Source: an uncultured Thermotogae bacterium
GTDB lineage: Bacteria > Bipolaricaulota > Bipolaricaulia > UBA7950 > UBA9294
Direction: 5' to 3'
NCBI GenBank assembly: GCA_964582285.1
Contig: CAZORQ010000003.1
Span: 12,559 to 76,558, forward strand
DNA: 64,000 nt
Each line of letters starts with the position of its first letter. Position 1 is the first letter of the stretch. Shown piece by piece: positions 34,299 through 42,427 of this stretch. The translations under genes and the position numbers were made by a program. The notes under the pieces are model-generated. The model saw only the letters and a program-made list of their open reading frames with translations, searched no databases and was not told the origin of the DNA.

Positions 34299-35219
34299 AT
34301 GGCATTCAAGGTACTGGCTTCCGATACACTTGCGGCTGCATCGATTGCCGCAATGCGTGATGCGGGGCTCGAGGTCGACGAGAAGACGGGTCTGTCGGTT
34401 GATGAGCTGAAGGCAGAAATCGGCGCCTACGATGCGATCGTCATTCGTAGCGCGACGAAGGTCCGCGCAGAGATCATCGACGCAGCGGCGAACTTGAAGT
34501 TGGTCGTTCGCGCTGGAGTTGGACTGGACAACGTCGACGTCGAGTACGCGAAGACGAAAGGTGTCGAAGTTCGCAACACGCCAGCGGCAAGTTCCAATTC
34601 CGTTGCTGAGCTGGCGCTTGGGCACATTCTGTCACTTGCGCGGCACATCGGCCGGGGCACGGCATCGATGAAGGCCGGCAACTGGGAGAAGAAGCAGTTG
34701 AAAGGGATCGAGATCGAGGGCAAGACGCTCGGAATTGTCGGGATCGGCCGCATCGGCCAGATGCTGGCGCGCAAGGCAGTCGCACTCGGGATGCGCGTGA
34801 TCTGCCACGATGCGTATCTGACAGAGAGCCCGATCCCGGATACTGCACCGATGGTTGGATTCGACGAATTGATTGCAGAGAGCGATTTCATCTCCTTGCA
34901 CATCCCGTTTGATCCGGCGGTTGGAGCGACATTCGGAGCAGTCCAATTCGCCTCCATGAAGGACGGTGTCCGACTGGTGAATTGCGCCCGCGGCGGCGTG
35001 GTCGATGAGACGGCCTTGGTTGATGCGATCCAGAGCGGCAAGGTTGCCGGGGCGGCACTTGACGTGTTCGAGTCGGAGCCGGCGTCTCCGGATCATCCGC
35101 TGTTCTCGCTCGATGCGGTGTCATTCACACCGCATATTGGGGCATCGACTGTCGAAGCACAGACGCGGGTAGGACGCGAGGCGGCACAGATCGTCATCGA
35201 TTTCGCGAAGAGCCAGTAG
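34299..35219 (+). CDS. serA: D-3-phosphoglycerate dehydrogenase-type 2-hydroxyacid dehydrogenase (short form, no ACT domain)
   Basis: MAFKVLASD..DAIVIRSATKV.., NAD motif ..LGIVGIGRIGQMLA.., ..NCARGG.., ..DVF..EP.., ..TPHIGAST.. Confidence 0.8.
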   Translation: MAFKVLASDTLAAASIAAMRDAGLEVDEKTGLSVDELKAEIGAYDAIVIRSATKVRAEIIDAAANLKLVVRAGVGLDNVDVEYAKTKGVEVRNTPAASSNSVAELALGHILSLARHIGRGTASMKAGNWEKKQLKGIEIEGKTLGIVGIGRIGQMLARKAVALGMRVICHDAYLTESPIPDTAPMVGFDELIAESDFISLHIPFDPAVGATFGAVQFASMKDGVRLVNCARGGVVDETALVDAIQSGKVAGAALDVFESEPASPDHPLFSLDAVSFTPHIGASTVEAQTRVGREAAQIVIDFAKSQ

Positions 35220-35236
35220 GAAATCCAAGGAGAGCT

Positions 35237-36538
35237 ATGGCTAGAATCATCCCGTTTCGAGCGTTTCGTTTCGATCCGGACAAGGTCGGGTCGATCAGCG
35301 ATGTTGTGACGCCGCCGTACGACCGCGTGTATCCGGATGTGCAGGCTGTGTGCTACGAGCGCAACCCAGACAACATCGCCCGGATCATCAAGGGCAAAGC
35401 AAGTCCGGACGACAGCGAATCAGGGAACGTCTATACGCGTGCGGCGGAATTCCTTCGAGAGCGCATCGCTTCGGGTGTGCTGATCCGCGACAACGAACCT
35501 GCGTTGTACGTGTATCACCAGTCGTACCAATTCGAGGGCGAGCAGCTAACCCGCAAGGGGGTCATCGCGCTTGGAAAGCTGGAACCGGAAAAAGTGCACG
35601 CTCACGAGAAAACCCTGAGGGGGCCGAAGGAAGATCGGCTGAAACTCATGCGCGCAACCGAGGCGAACTTCGGACACATCTTCATGCTCTACAGCGATCC
35701 GGAGCGAGCGGCGGACAAGCTGCTGACGGCGGCGGTGGAAGGTGCTTCCCCGTTGATCGAAGCGGCCGATGACCATGGCAACGCGCACCGCGTGTGGCGA
35801 ATCGTCGATCCAGCCGTGATCGAGCAGGTGCAGAGTGTCCTGTCCGAACGTGATCTGTATATCGCTGATGGTCATCACCGCTACGAGACGGCGGTCAACT
35901 ACATGAACGAATGCCTCGGAAACGGGTGGAAACCGGCGGCTCCCGAATCGTTCGATGTTCGGATGATGACGCTGTTCAACGTCGATGAGCCCGGAATGTC
36001 CGTTCGGCCCATCCATCGCCTGGTGCATGGGGTGGACGGTTTCGGGATGGACGCGTTTCTCGACGCCGCGGGAGAGCATTTCAATGTGGCGTGTCATCCG
36101 ACGTGTGACGCGATGGTTGACGCAGTACGCGCGGGTCGGGAGCGACATACCTTTGGGTGCTACGCCGATGGAACGTTCGCCACACTTGAACTTCGAGACG
36201 CTTCAATCATGGATGACCTGGTTGAGGCGAGGTGGTCCGCCGACTACCGGCAGCTTGATGTCACGATTCTCCATACAGCGGTTCTCGAACGGCTGCTTGG
36301 GATCGATTCCAAGGCCCTGGAGGAGCAGAGGAACGTTACCTACACCGTGGATTCGGCCCAGGGGGTCGAAGCGGTCGATCGTGGAGAGGAGCAGCTCTTC
36401 CTATACTTGAATGCAACCGCGGCGGGAGAGGTCGTCCGCGTTGCAGACCATGGGGAGAAAATGCCTCAGAAGTCGACCGACTTCTACCCGAAGCTTCTGA
36501 CGGGATTGGTGCTTTCGACGATGGAGATCGAGAAGTAG
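35237..36538 (+). CDS. DUF1015 domain protein
   Basis: MARIIPFRAFRFDPDKV..VVTPPYD.. and ..LYIADGHHRYETA.. are DUF1015 hallmarks as I recall them. Confidence 0.7.
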   Translation: MARIIPFRAFRFDPDKVGSISDVVTPPYDRVYPDVQAVCYERNPDNIARIIKGKASPDDSESGNVYTRAAEFLRERIASGVLIRDNEPALYVYHQSYQFEGEQLTRKGVIALGKLEPEKVHAHEKTLRGPKEDRLKLMRATEANFGHIFMLYSDPERAADKLLTAAVEGASPLIEAADDHGNAHRVWRIVDPAVIEQVQSVLSERDLYIADGHHRYETAVNYMNECLGNGWKPAAPESFDVRMMTLFNVDEPGMSVRPIHRLVHGVDGFGMDAFLDAAGEHFNVACHPTCDAMVDAVRAGRERHTFGCYADGTFATLELRDASIMDDLVEARWSADYRQLDVTILHTAVLERLLGIDSKALEEQRNVTYTVDSAQGVEAVDRGEEQLFLYLNATAAGEVVRVADHGEKMPQKSTDFYPKLLTGLVLSTMEIEK

Positions 36539-36573
36539 CCACGGCACAAGCGTGCCGTCTTGCGATACGCAGC

Positions 36574-36607
36574 GAAGGGGAGCGTCAGCGTTCCCCTTCT
36601 TGCTTTT
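36574..36607 (+). terminator. Rho-independent terminator after the DUF1015 gene
   Basis: 11-bp stem GAAGGGGAGCG / CGTTCCCCTTC (one G-U pair) with a 4-nt loop, followed by TTGCTTTT. A smaller hairpin ACGGCAC-AAGC-GTGCCGT at 36541-36558 precedes it. Confidence 0.7.
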
Positions 36608-36730
36608 CGGGAGCAGTACATGTGTCCCGGGCACCGGGGACAAACCCACGACCTGTTCCTCGCCCATTTCCCGTTGGGGCGGTCGATTCTCATCTACGCT
36701 TCGAGCGGTGAGATCATGGAGGAGGTCATC

Positions 36731-37912
36731 ATGCGACGGTTATGCGCGAGGATTGCGTTCTGCGCTGTCCTGGTTCTTCTTGTTTGCAGCGGACTTGGAA
36801 TCGCCGACGATGCAGGGTTCTCGGGGTTTGTCGGGCTGGGGATCACGTACACGCCGGTACCTCCGACGTCCTACAATATCGGCGCGGATCTCAAGCTAGC
36901 GTTCGATGTCTCAGGATTCACATTCAGCTCGGAGACAGGATTCGATCTTGCCGGCTTCCAGTCTCAACGCGTGATTCTTGGGATCGATCTCGGAGCCGTC
37001 CGGATCAGAGAGGAGATGCTATTCGACCCAAGTTTCGGTTGGAACGAATTGAATGTCGACCTGGCGATTGCCGGGATCGATATTGGCGTGGACTTCATTC
37101 TGGCGGATATCGGCAGCGTGCAGACGCCGGTCTACAGTATGGGGGCGGTCATTGAGCTCTCGAGCGGGATCGTGTGCGGGTTTTCGATAGCGAGTCTCAC
37201 CGGATTCGGCGCGGTCGATCTGGTCAATATCCTCGAGGGAATCGAGGCGCCGTTCTCGTACGAGCTTCTTCATCTGTTCAATCGACTGGACACGCTATGC
37301 ACGCTGCCTCTGGATCTGGATGTGACGATTGTTCCGGACTTCTACTTCGAGGAGCAGCTTGTCCGATTGGAAGCCGACTTCATGGGGATGATCTCGAGCA
37401 ACACGACATGGTTCGACTCCACGGGGCTCTCACGCATGCTGTTCGAGCTTGGATATCGGTTTGAGGAACCGTCGCTCAGCTTCCTTGCAACCATGGGATT
37501 GGATGGATCCTTCGTGATCACCGATATCGCATTCATCGTGGACCTCCAGATCGATGTGATACGCTTCACGTCTCATACGTGGTTTGAGGAGAACCCGCTT
37601 CCAGCTCCGATTCCAACCGTGTTTGGCGGCCAGGGATTCGCGGTGTCGTTTGAGCTGTGCGGCGTCTTGATCTCCACGGAGACCGGCTTCGACGGGTCGT
37701 TCCTGTTCACACAGCAGCTGATTGCGATCGAGGCGACATTCGATCCGGTGACCTTTAGAAGCCTTACGGAATTCGACGCGAGCGGCTTTGCCGGCCAGTG
37801 CATCTATGCTGATGTCACTTTCTGCGGGGCGAAGCTGTACACGAAAGCGGAGTTCACCTTCTCGGGCATCGAACTCGTCACATTCGGATTCGATTTCTCC
37901 TTCGGTTCATGA
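36731..37912 (+). CDS. Hypothetical secreted beta-rich protein (possible outer-membrane/surface protein)
   Basis: ATG 36731 after GGAGGAGG. Signal peptide MRRLCARIAFCAVLVLLVCSGLGIA. Acidic, rich in aromatic/aliphatic residues, with recurring ..(S/T)ETGFD..F.. segments. Ends ..VTFGFDFSFGS. No family recognised. Confidence 0.6.
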   Translation: MRRLCARIAFCAVLVLLVCSGLGIADDAGFSGFVGLGITYTPVPPTSYNIGADLKLAFDVSGFTFSSETGFDLAGFQSQRVILGIDLGAVRIREEMLFDPSFGWNELNVDLAIAGIDIGVDFILADIGSVQTPVYSMGAVIELSSGIVCGFSIASLTGFGAVDLVNILEGIEAPFSYELLHLFNRLDTLCTLPLDLDVTIVPDFYFEEQLVRLEADFMGMISSNTTWFDSTGLSRMLFELGYRFEEPSLSFLATMGLDGSFVITDIAFIVDLQIDVIRFTSHTWFEENPLPAPIPTVFGGQGFAVSFELCGVLISTETGFDGSFLFTQQLIAIEATFDPVTFRSLTEFDASGFAGQCIYADVTFCGAKLYTKAEFTFSGIELVTFGFDFSFGS

Positions 37913-38574
37913 GCGAACGAGCAGATCTACCAGGGCTGGACGTGGAAGAGCTCCTTCGGCTCCTTGGACAAGAAGGCGAAGACACCGACGGCATACGAGA
38001 GGAGCTTCTTCGGCGGGGAACGCCGATCATTGGAGAGGTCATTGCATCATCGTTTGCCAATACGGGATTCACCAGCGAGGAGCTGTACCGCCCGGGCTAT
38101 CTTGGGCTTCTCAATGCAGTTTACAATTACGATCTCTCTCACGGCAAAGGCTTCCGTGAGTACACGGAAAACCTGATCAAGGGAGAGATCAGGAGCCACA
38201 TTCGCGACCAAGTCCGGCATGTCACGATCCCGGCATGGATGAGCGACCTGAACCAGCAAGTTGAGGTCGCGGAGGCACGGCTTCTACGGGAGACGGGGCA
38301 GCTGCCGAGCCTTGGTCAGCTATCCGACACGGTCAATATCACCGAGGAAGGACTGGCCGAGGTGTTCAAGGCGCGTGAGGCACTCAGCTATGTGTCGCTT
38401 GACGTGAGCAAACGGGAAAACGATCCGGTGCCCGTGATCGACTTATCCAAAATCCGAGCCAAGCGATCCTGCCCCTTCCCCATCGAGTATCGAATCAAGC
38501 TTGCCTCGGCCCTGGAAAGGTTGGCTGAGCTGCAGCAGTACCTCCTTCATAGCCTGTTCCGAGTGGCCGAGTAG
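37909..38574 (+). CDS. Sigma-70-family paralogue (regions 2-4.1) lacking the region 4.2 helix-turn-helix
   Basis: ATGA overlap with the upstream gene. ..GYLGLLNAVYNYDLSHGKGFREYTENLIKGEIRSHIRD.. aligns with the sigma at 22798-23595. Ends ..LERLAELQQYLLHSLFRVAE* exactly where the paralogue continues with its HTH. Confidence 0.7.
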   Translation: MSERADLPGLDVEELLRLLGQEGEDTDGIREELLRRGTPIIGEVIASSFANTGFTSEELYRPGYLGLLNAVYNYDLSHGKGFREYTENLIKGEIRSHIRDQVRHVTIPAWMSDLNQQVEVAEARLLRETGQLPSLGQLSDTVNITEEGLAEVFKAREALSYVSLDVSKRENDPVPVIDLSKIRAKRSCPFPIEYRIKLASALERLAELQQYLLHSLFRVAE

Positions 38575-38721
38575 CCGGACACTTGAGGCCGCATCGACAG
38601 ATGAGACCACGACTTCATTCCATGCTTGTTGTGCAATCGTCGTGATTTCCCCGTGGAGCGACGGTATTCCGCAGCTGCGTCCGCTGCTATAATGGCCGAG
38701 TATCCTGCCGAAGGGGGCGAG

Positions 38722-39375
38722 ATGAAGCGAACGATTATCGGATTGAAGATAAGTCTTCTGGTGGCCGCTCTGGCGGCCGTGGCTGGCTGCGCTCTGTTCA
38801 ATCAGGCGCCGGTGGTGAACTTCACGTGGACACCGTCGGATCCCATGGCACGGTTTGACGTTCAGTTCACGGACTTGTCCACCGATTCCGGCGGCCTGTT
38901 CGGGGGTGGCGGGATCGTGTCGTGGAACTGGGACTTCGGCGACTTTGACACATCCGCTGCTCAGAATCCGAGACACGAATACGAGAAGGGCGGAACCTAC
39001 ACCGTTCGACTGACCGTCACCGATGACGGTGGGGAAACGGCCACACTGACGCGCACGATCACGGTTACGGCGAGCGTCGACGGCCTGTGGACGGGCTCGA
39101 TCACCAACATCTTCTTCGTCCCGATTTCCTTCTCGCTGGATCTCAACCACTCCTCGGCTGGGAACATCAGCGGAACGATGACCATCGGGAACGTGACGCA
39201 GCCTCTGACCGGTGGATCTTACAACCCCATTACGCGAGAGGTTCAGATCAACTGTGCAGGCTTCGATCTCATCCTGCGTGGAGACCTGGACCTGTCGGAG
39301 ACAAGAATGGAAGGGCTCTGGTGGGACGACAACACGGGTCAGGAAGGGGAAAGCTGGAGCGTTACCCTCCTGTAG
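38722..39375 (+). CDS. Lipoprotein with PKD domain and unknown C-terminal domain
   Basis: ATG 38722 after AAGGGGG. Lipobox ..LAAVAGC. PKD signature ..WNWDFGDFDTSAAQNPRHEYEKGGTYTVRLTVTDDGGETAT... Confidence 0.75.
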   Translation: MKRTIIGLKISLLVAALAAVAGCALFNQAPVVNFTWTPSDPMARFDVQFTDLSTDSGGLFGGGGIVSWNWDFGDFDTSAAQNPRHEYEKGGTYTVRLTVTDDGGETATLTRTITVTASVDGLWTGSITNIFFVPISFSLDLNHSSAGNISGTMTIGNVTQPLTGGSYNPITREVQINCAGFDLILRGDLDLSETRMEGLWWDDNTGQEGESWSVTLL

Positions 39376-39392
39376 CCACGATGTAGCTGATG

Positions 39393-39418
39393 GCGGCCGC
39401 GCTTGGCGCGGCCGCTTT
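39393..39418. terminator. GC-rich hairpin terminator between convergent genes
   Basis: GCGGCCGCGC-TTG-GCGCGGCCGC followed by TTT on the plus strand. Confidence 0.5.
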
Positions 39419-39438
39419 CCGCTTGAGCCGAAGCCACC

Positions 39439-40488
39439 CTAGCTGGCGGGTTTCGCTGCACCGAACGTGAACGGACAGGCGGCGATGCAATTCGAGCAGG
39501 CGGCCGTGTTCTTTGCCCAGAAATCGTAGCATCGATCGGCATTCACCGCCCAACGCAGGATTCCGGTGTTGTTTGAGGGACAGGCCACGTCGAACGAAGG
39601 ATCCCGTACTGTGCTGATGGCGTCCGCCTCGCAGGCATCGGCACATCGGCGGCAGTCGCGGCATGTCTCGACCAGTCCGAAATCGACCGGCTGGTCGGGT
39701 TCGAGTGGTAGGTCGGTGAAGACCTTGCACAACCGAATGCATGAGCCGTACTCCGGTGTGATCAGAAGGCCGTTTCGGCCCAGCTGCCCCAGTCCGGCAT
39801 CGACGGCTAGCGGAATGCTCAACGCGGTGTCGTTGCCCATCGGGATTGCGTTGTAGCGAAGATTTCGAAGGAACTGCGCCATGCAGGCGATCGCGAACGC
39901 CATCTTCGAGTATCCCACTCCGGTGGTCGCGGCAGACTCATACGTCGGGGAGGTCATGACGCCGTCACGATCCATCGCGATTCCCATGACGATCGCGAAA
40001 CGGTACTCGCGGGGGATCGCAACCGGGTCACCGCTCCGGTCGTGCGAGTAGATCCAACGTTCATCGACCTGGCAGATGCCAACCAGATCCGCCCCGAACA
40101 TCTTGGCGGTCTTCTTGATCTCGGCGCTCATCTCGGCGGGATTGCCCACCGGATGTCGGCCGAGCTGCATCATCGCGGGATCGGCCTGCCCGAGCCGCTT
40201 CCACGAGAAGGCACCGCCGAAGCAGTCGTGAACGGTCCAGGAAGCGAGGACACGTGCGAAATCGAGTCGGGAGTAGCCCGGCGCGCCTTCAGAGATCCGA
40301 GAGGCTGCAGCGCTCCGATACTCCTTCTCGAAGAAGGAAGCTTCACGATCCCAATAGCGGCGCATGAAGACCGTCTGTCGTTCGTCGAACCGTCCATGTC
40401 TCTCTGGGTCGATGGTGTGGTGACTGCTGCCGCTGTCGAGCATTCGCTCCTCCTGTCCATCCAATTTGGCACGCCGTACAGGGCGCAA
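39439..40488 (-). CDS. Reductive-dehalogenase-family (RdhA-like) Fe-S protein, cytoplasmic type
   Basis: ..KKTAKMFGADLVGICQVDERW.., ..PLAVDAGLGQLGRNGLLITPEYGSCIRLCKVFTDLPL.., two cluster motifs CRDCRRCADAC and CSNCIAACP. No twin-arginine signal seen. Start may be ATG 40443. Confidence 0.55.
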   Translation of the reverse strand: MRPVRRAKLDGQEERMLDSGSSHHTIDPERHGRFDERQTVFMRRYWDREASFFEKEYRSAAASRISEGAPGYSRLDFARVLASWTVHDCFGGAFSWKRLGQADPAMMQLGRHPVGNPAEMSAEIKKTAKMFGADLVGICQVDERWIYSHDRSGDPVAIPREYRFAIVMGIAMDRDGVMTSPTYESAATTGVGYSKMAFAIACMAQFLRNLRYNAIPMGNDTALSIPLAVDAGLGQLGRNGLLITPEYGSCIRLCKVFTDLPLEPDQPVDFGLVETCRDCRRCADACEADAISTVRDPSFDVACPSNNTGILRWAVNADRCYDFWAKNTAACSNCIAACPFTFGAAKPAS

Positions 40489-40559
40489 TCGTAGGAGGAC
40501 GGCGCGTTCGGCGCAAGCGGCTTGAACGAGATGTGGTTTCGGTCAGAATCACATCCACC

Positions 40560-41810
40560 ATGTCCGCGCCCCAGCTCGCGCTTACCGACGCCCGATGGCT
40601 TGCGCTACGCTGTCAGCTGCTGTTGGGGGATATGGCGCTTCCATCGAACAAGGAGGGCGTGGCACAGGCGGTGGAGCATCTCGGCTATGTCCAGATCGAC
40701 ACCATCTCGGTCGTTCAGCGTGCACATCACCATACCTTGTGGACTCGCTGTCCGAGCTACGAACCGTGGATGCTGCACGAACTCCAAGCGACCGATCGGC
40801 TCGTGTTCGAACATTGGGCTCATGCACTGGCAATCCTTCCGATGTCCGACTACCGCTACTACGTCCCTCAGATGGAGCGGATCAAGACGCACCGCTCGGA
40901 ACGCATGCAAGCCTGGTATAGCCAAAATCGCGATGTCGTGGAGGAGGTTCTAGGACGGGTTCGCGCCGAAGGCCCTTTGACATCGAAGGACTTCGAGCTA
41001 CCGCCGGGAGCGAAACGTGGAACATGGTGGGACTGGAAACCGGCGAAACGTGCACTCGAGCTTCTATTCATGCAGGGGGATCTGATGGTGGCGGAGCGCC
41101 GAGGGTTCCAGAAGGTGTACGACTTGACCGAACGTGTCCTTCCGGCAAGTGTGGACGCAGTGGCACCGTCCGCTTCCGAATGTGGTCGGTTCCAGGTACG
41201 TCGTGCGCTTCAGGCGTTTGGGGTTGCGCAAGAGCGAGAGATCGTAGCGTTTCTCAAGCTGGTTGATCCATTAACGGTTCGGAAGGTGCTACACGATCTG
41301 GTTGCACTCGGCGATGTCATCGCGCTGGAGGTCGTCGGGTCGACAAGGATTCCGTGCTATGCGATGAAGGAATCGCTGGAAGCAGCTTCCAGACAGCCGA
41401 TACAGCGCAACGTCCGCATCCTATCCCCGTTCGACAACATGATCATTCAGCGATCTCGAACGTCATGGCTGTTCGAGTTCGATTACGCGCTTGAGTGCTA
41501 TGTCCCGGCGGCAAGACGGAAGTATGGATACTTCGTCCTTCCGATCTTGCTCGAGGATCGGCTGGTGGGACGAATCGATCCGAAGGCGGATCGAAAGCAG
41601 TGCACCTTGATCGTGCGGAAGCTATGGGTGGATACGTGTGCCGAGAGGAGCGACGAGTTCCTCCTTCGCTTGGGGCAGGAACTCGCCCGATTCGCGGTAT
41701 TCAACGGGTGTTCGTTGATCCGTGTGGAACGCGCATCGCCAGCGAAGCTACGGGGCGCTGTGTCACGGCATGCCCGCAGAGCGCTGGCTACAATGGCGGA
41801 CGAATCATGA
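40560..41810 (+). CDS. YcaQ/AlkZ-like winged-helix DNA glycosylase family protein (DUF1006)
   Basis: ..VEHLGYVQIDTISVVQRAHHHTLWTR.., ..LVFEHWAH.., ..GYFVLPIL... Start is ATG 40560 or GTG 40533. Confidence 0.6.
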   Translation: MSAPQLALTDARWLALRCQLLLGDMALPSNKEGVAQAVEHLGYVQIDTISVVQRAHHHTLWTRCPSYEPWMLHELQATDRLVFEHWAHALAILPMSDYRYYVPQMERIKTHRSERMQAWYSQNRDVVEEVLGRVRAEGPLTSKDFELPPGAKRGTWWDWKPAKRALELLFMQGDLMVAERRGFQKVYDLTERVLPASVDAVAPSASECGRFQVRRALQAFGVAQEREIVAFLKLVDPLTVRKVLHDLVALGDVIALEVVGSTRIPCYAMKESLEAASRQPIQRNVRILSPFDNMIIQRSRTSWLFEFDYALECYVPAARRKYGYFVLPILLEDRLVGRIDPKADRKQCTLIVRKLWVDTCAERSDEFLLRLGQELARFAVFNGCSLIRVERASPAKLRGAVSRHARRALATMADES

Positions 41811-42397
41811 TGCGAACCGTCTCGATCGCGGCCGTTGTGACGACGAACCTTGTGATTGGGATCCGGTATTGTTGGCTGATCCGCAAGAGGCGCATTTCCC
41901 CGGCGCTCGCGATGTGGGTGTTCTTCACGATCGCTGCTATCGTGAGCTTGCTGACGTACCTCTCGGAGAGCAGCTACGGCCCGCTGGACAACATTCTTAA
42001 CACCGCCGACATCGCGCTTGTTGGGTTCGTGTCGGTCTGGATTGCGCTGTTCGGGGATCGGAACACGCGATTCAACCGGTTCGATCTTGGCTGCTTGGGT
42101 GCGGTCTTGCTGATTGTTGTGTTCTGGGCGATAACGCGTCAGCACGTGGCCGCACATGCTGCGATCCAGGCGATCATGGTCATTGCCTACCTGCCGGTCA
42201 TCCGCCGGATGTGGACGACGCAACGGAACACGGAGTCGTTCTTCATGTTTGGCGGACTGCTTCTTGCGCCGATCTTCTCGCTTCTCTCGAGTGAGGGGAC
42301 GCTGGCCACGGTCTATGCAGTGCGCACGATTGCCTGTACCGCGGTGCTTCTTGGGCTGATGATTCGCGCGGAGTGGAGGGCGAAGCGGACTCGGTAG
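41807..42397 (+). CDS. Hypothetical integral membrane protein (about 6 TM)
   Basis: ATGA overlap with the upstream stop. MMRTVSIAAVVTTNLVIGI.. and further hydrophobic segments. No family recognised. Confidence 0.55.
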   Translation: MMRTVSIAAVVTTNLVIGIRYCWLIRKRRISPALAMWVFFTIAAIVSLLTYLSESSYGPLDNILNTADIALVGFVSVWIALFGDRNTRFNRFDLGCLGAVLLIVVFWAITRQHVAAHAAIQAIMVIAYLPVIRRMWTTQRNTESFFMFGGLLLAPIFSLLSSEGTLATVYAVRTIACTAVLLGLMIRAEWRAKRTR

Positions 42398-42427
42398 ATT
42401 GGTTGGTCGGCGTCGTCCACGTGATGC

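Noticed and set aside
36624-36641. Imperfect palindrome GTCCCGG-GCA-CCGGGGAC upstream of the truncated-sigma operon, considered as a possible operator.
   Set aside because: It is a single imperfect, GC-rich palindrome that could arise by chance in this composition. It is noted only as a place to look if promoter mapping is done.
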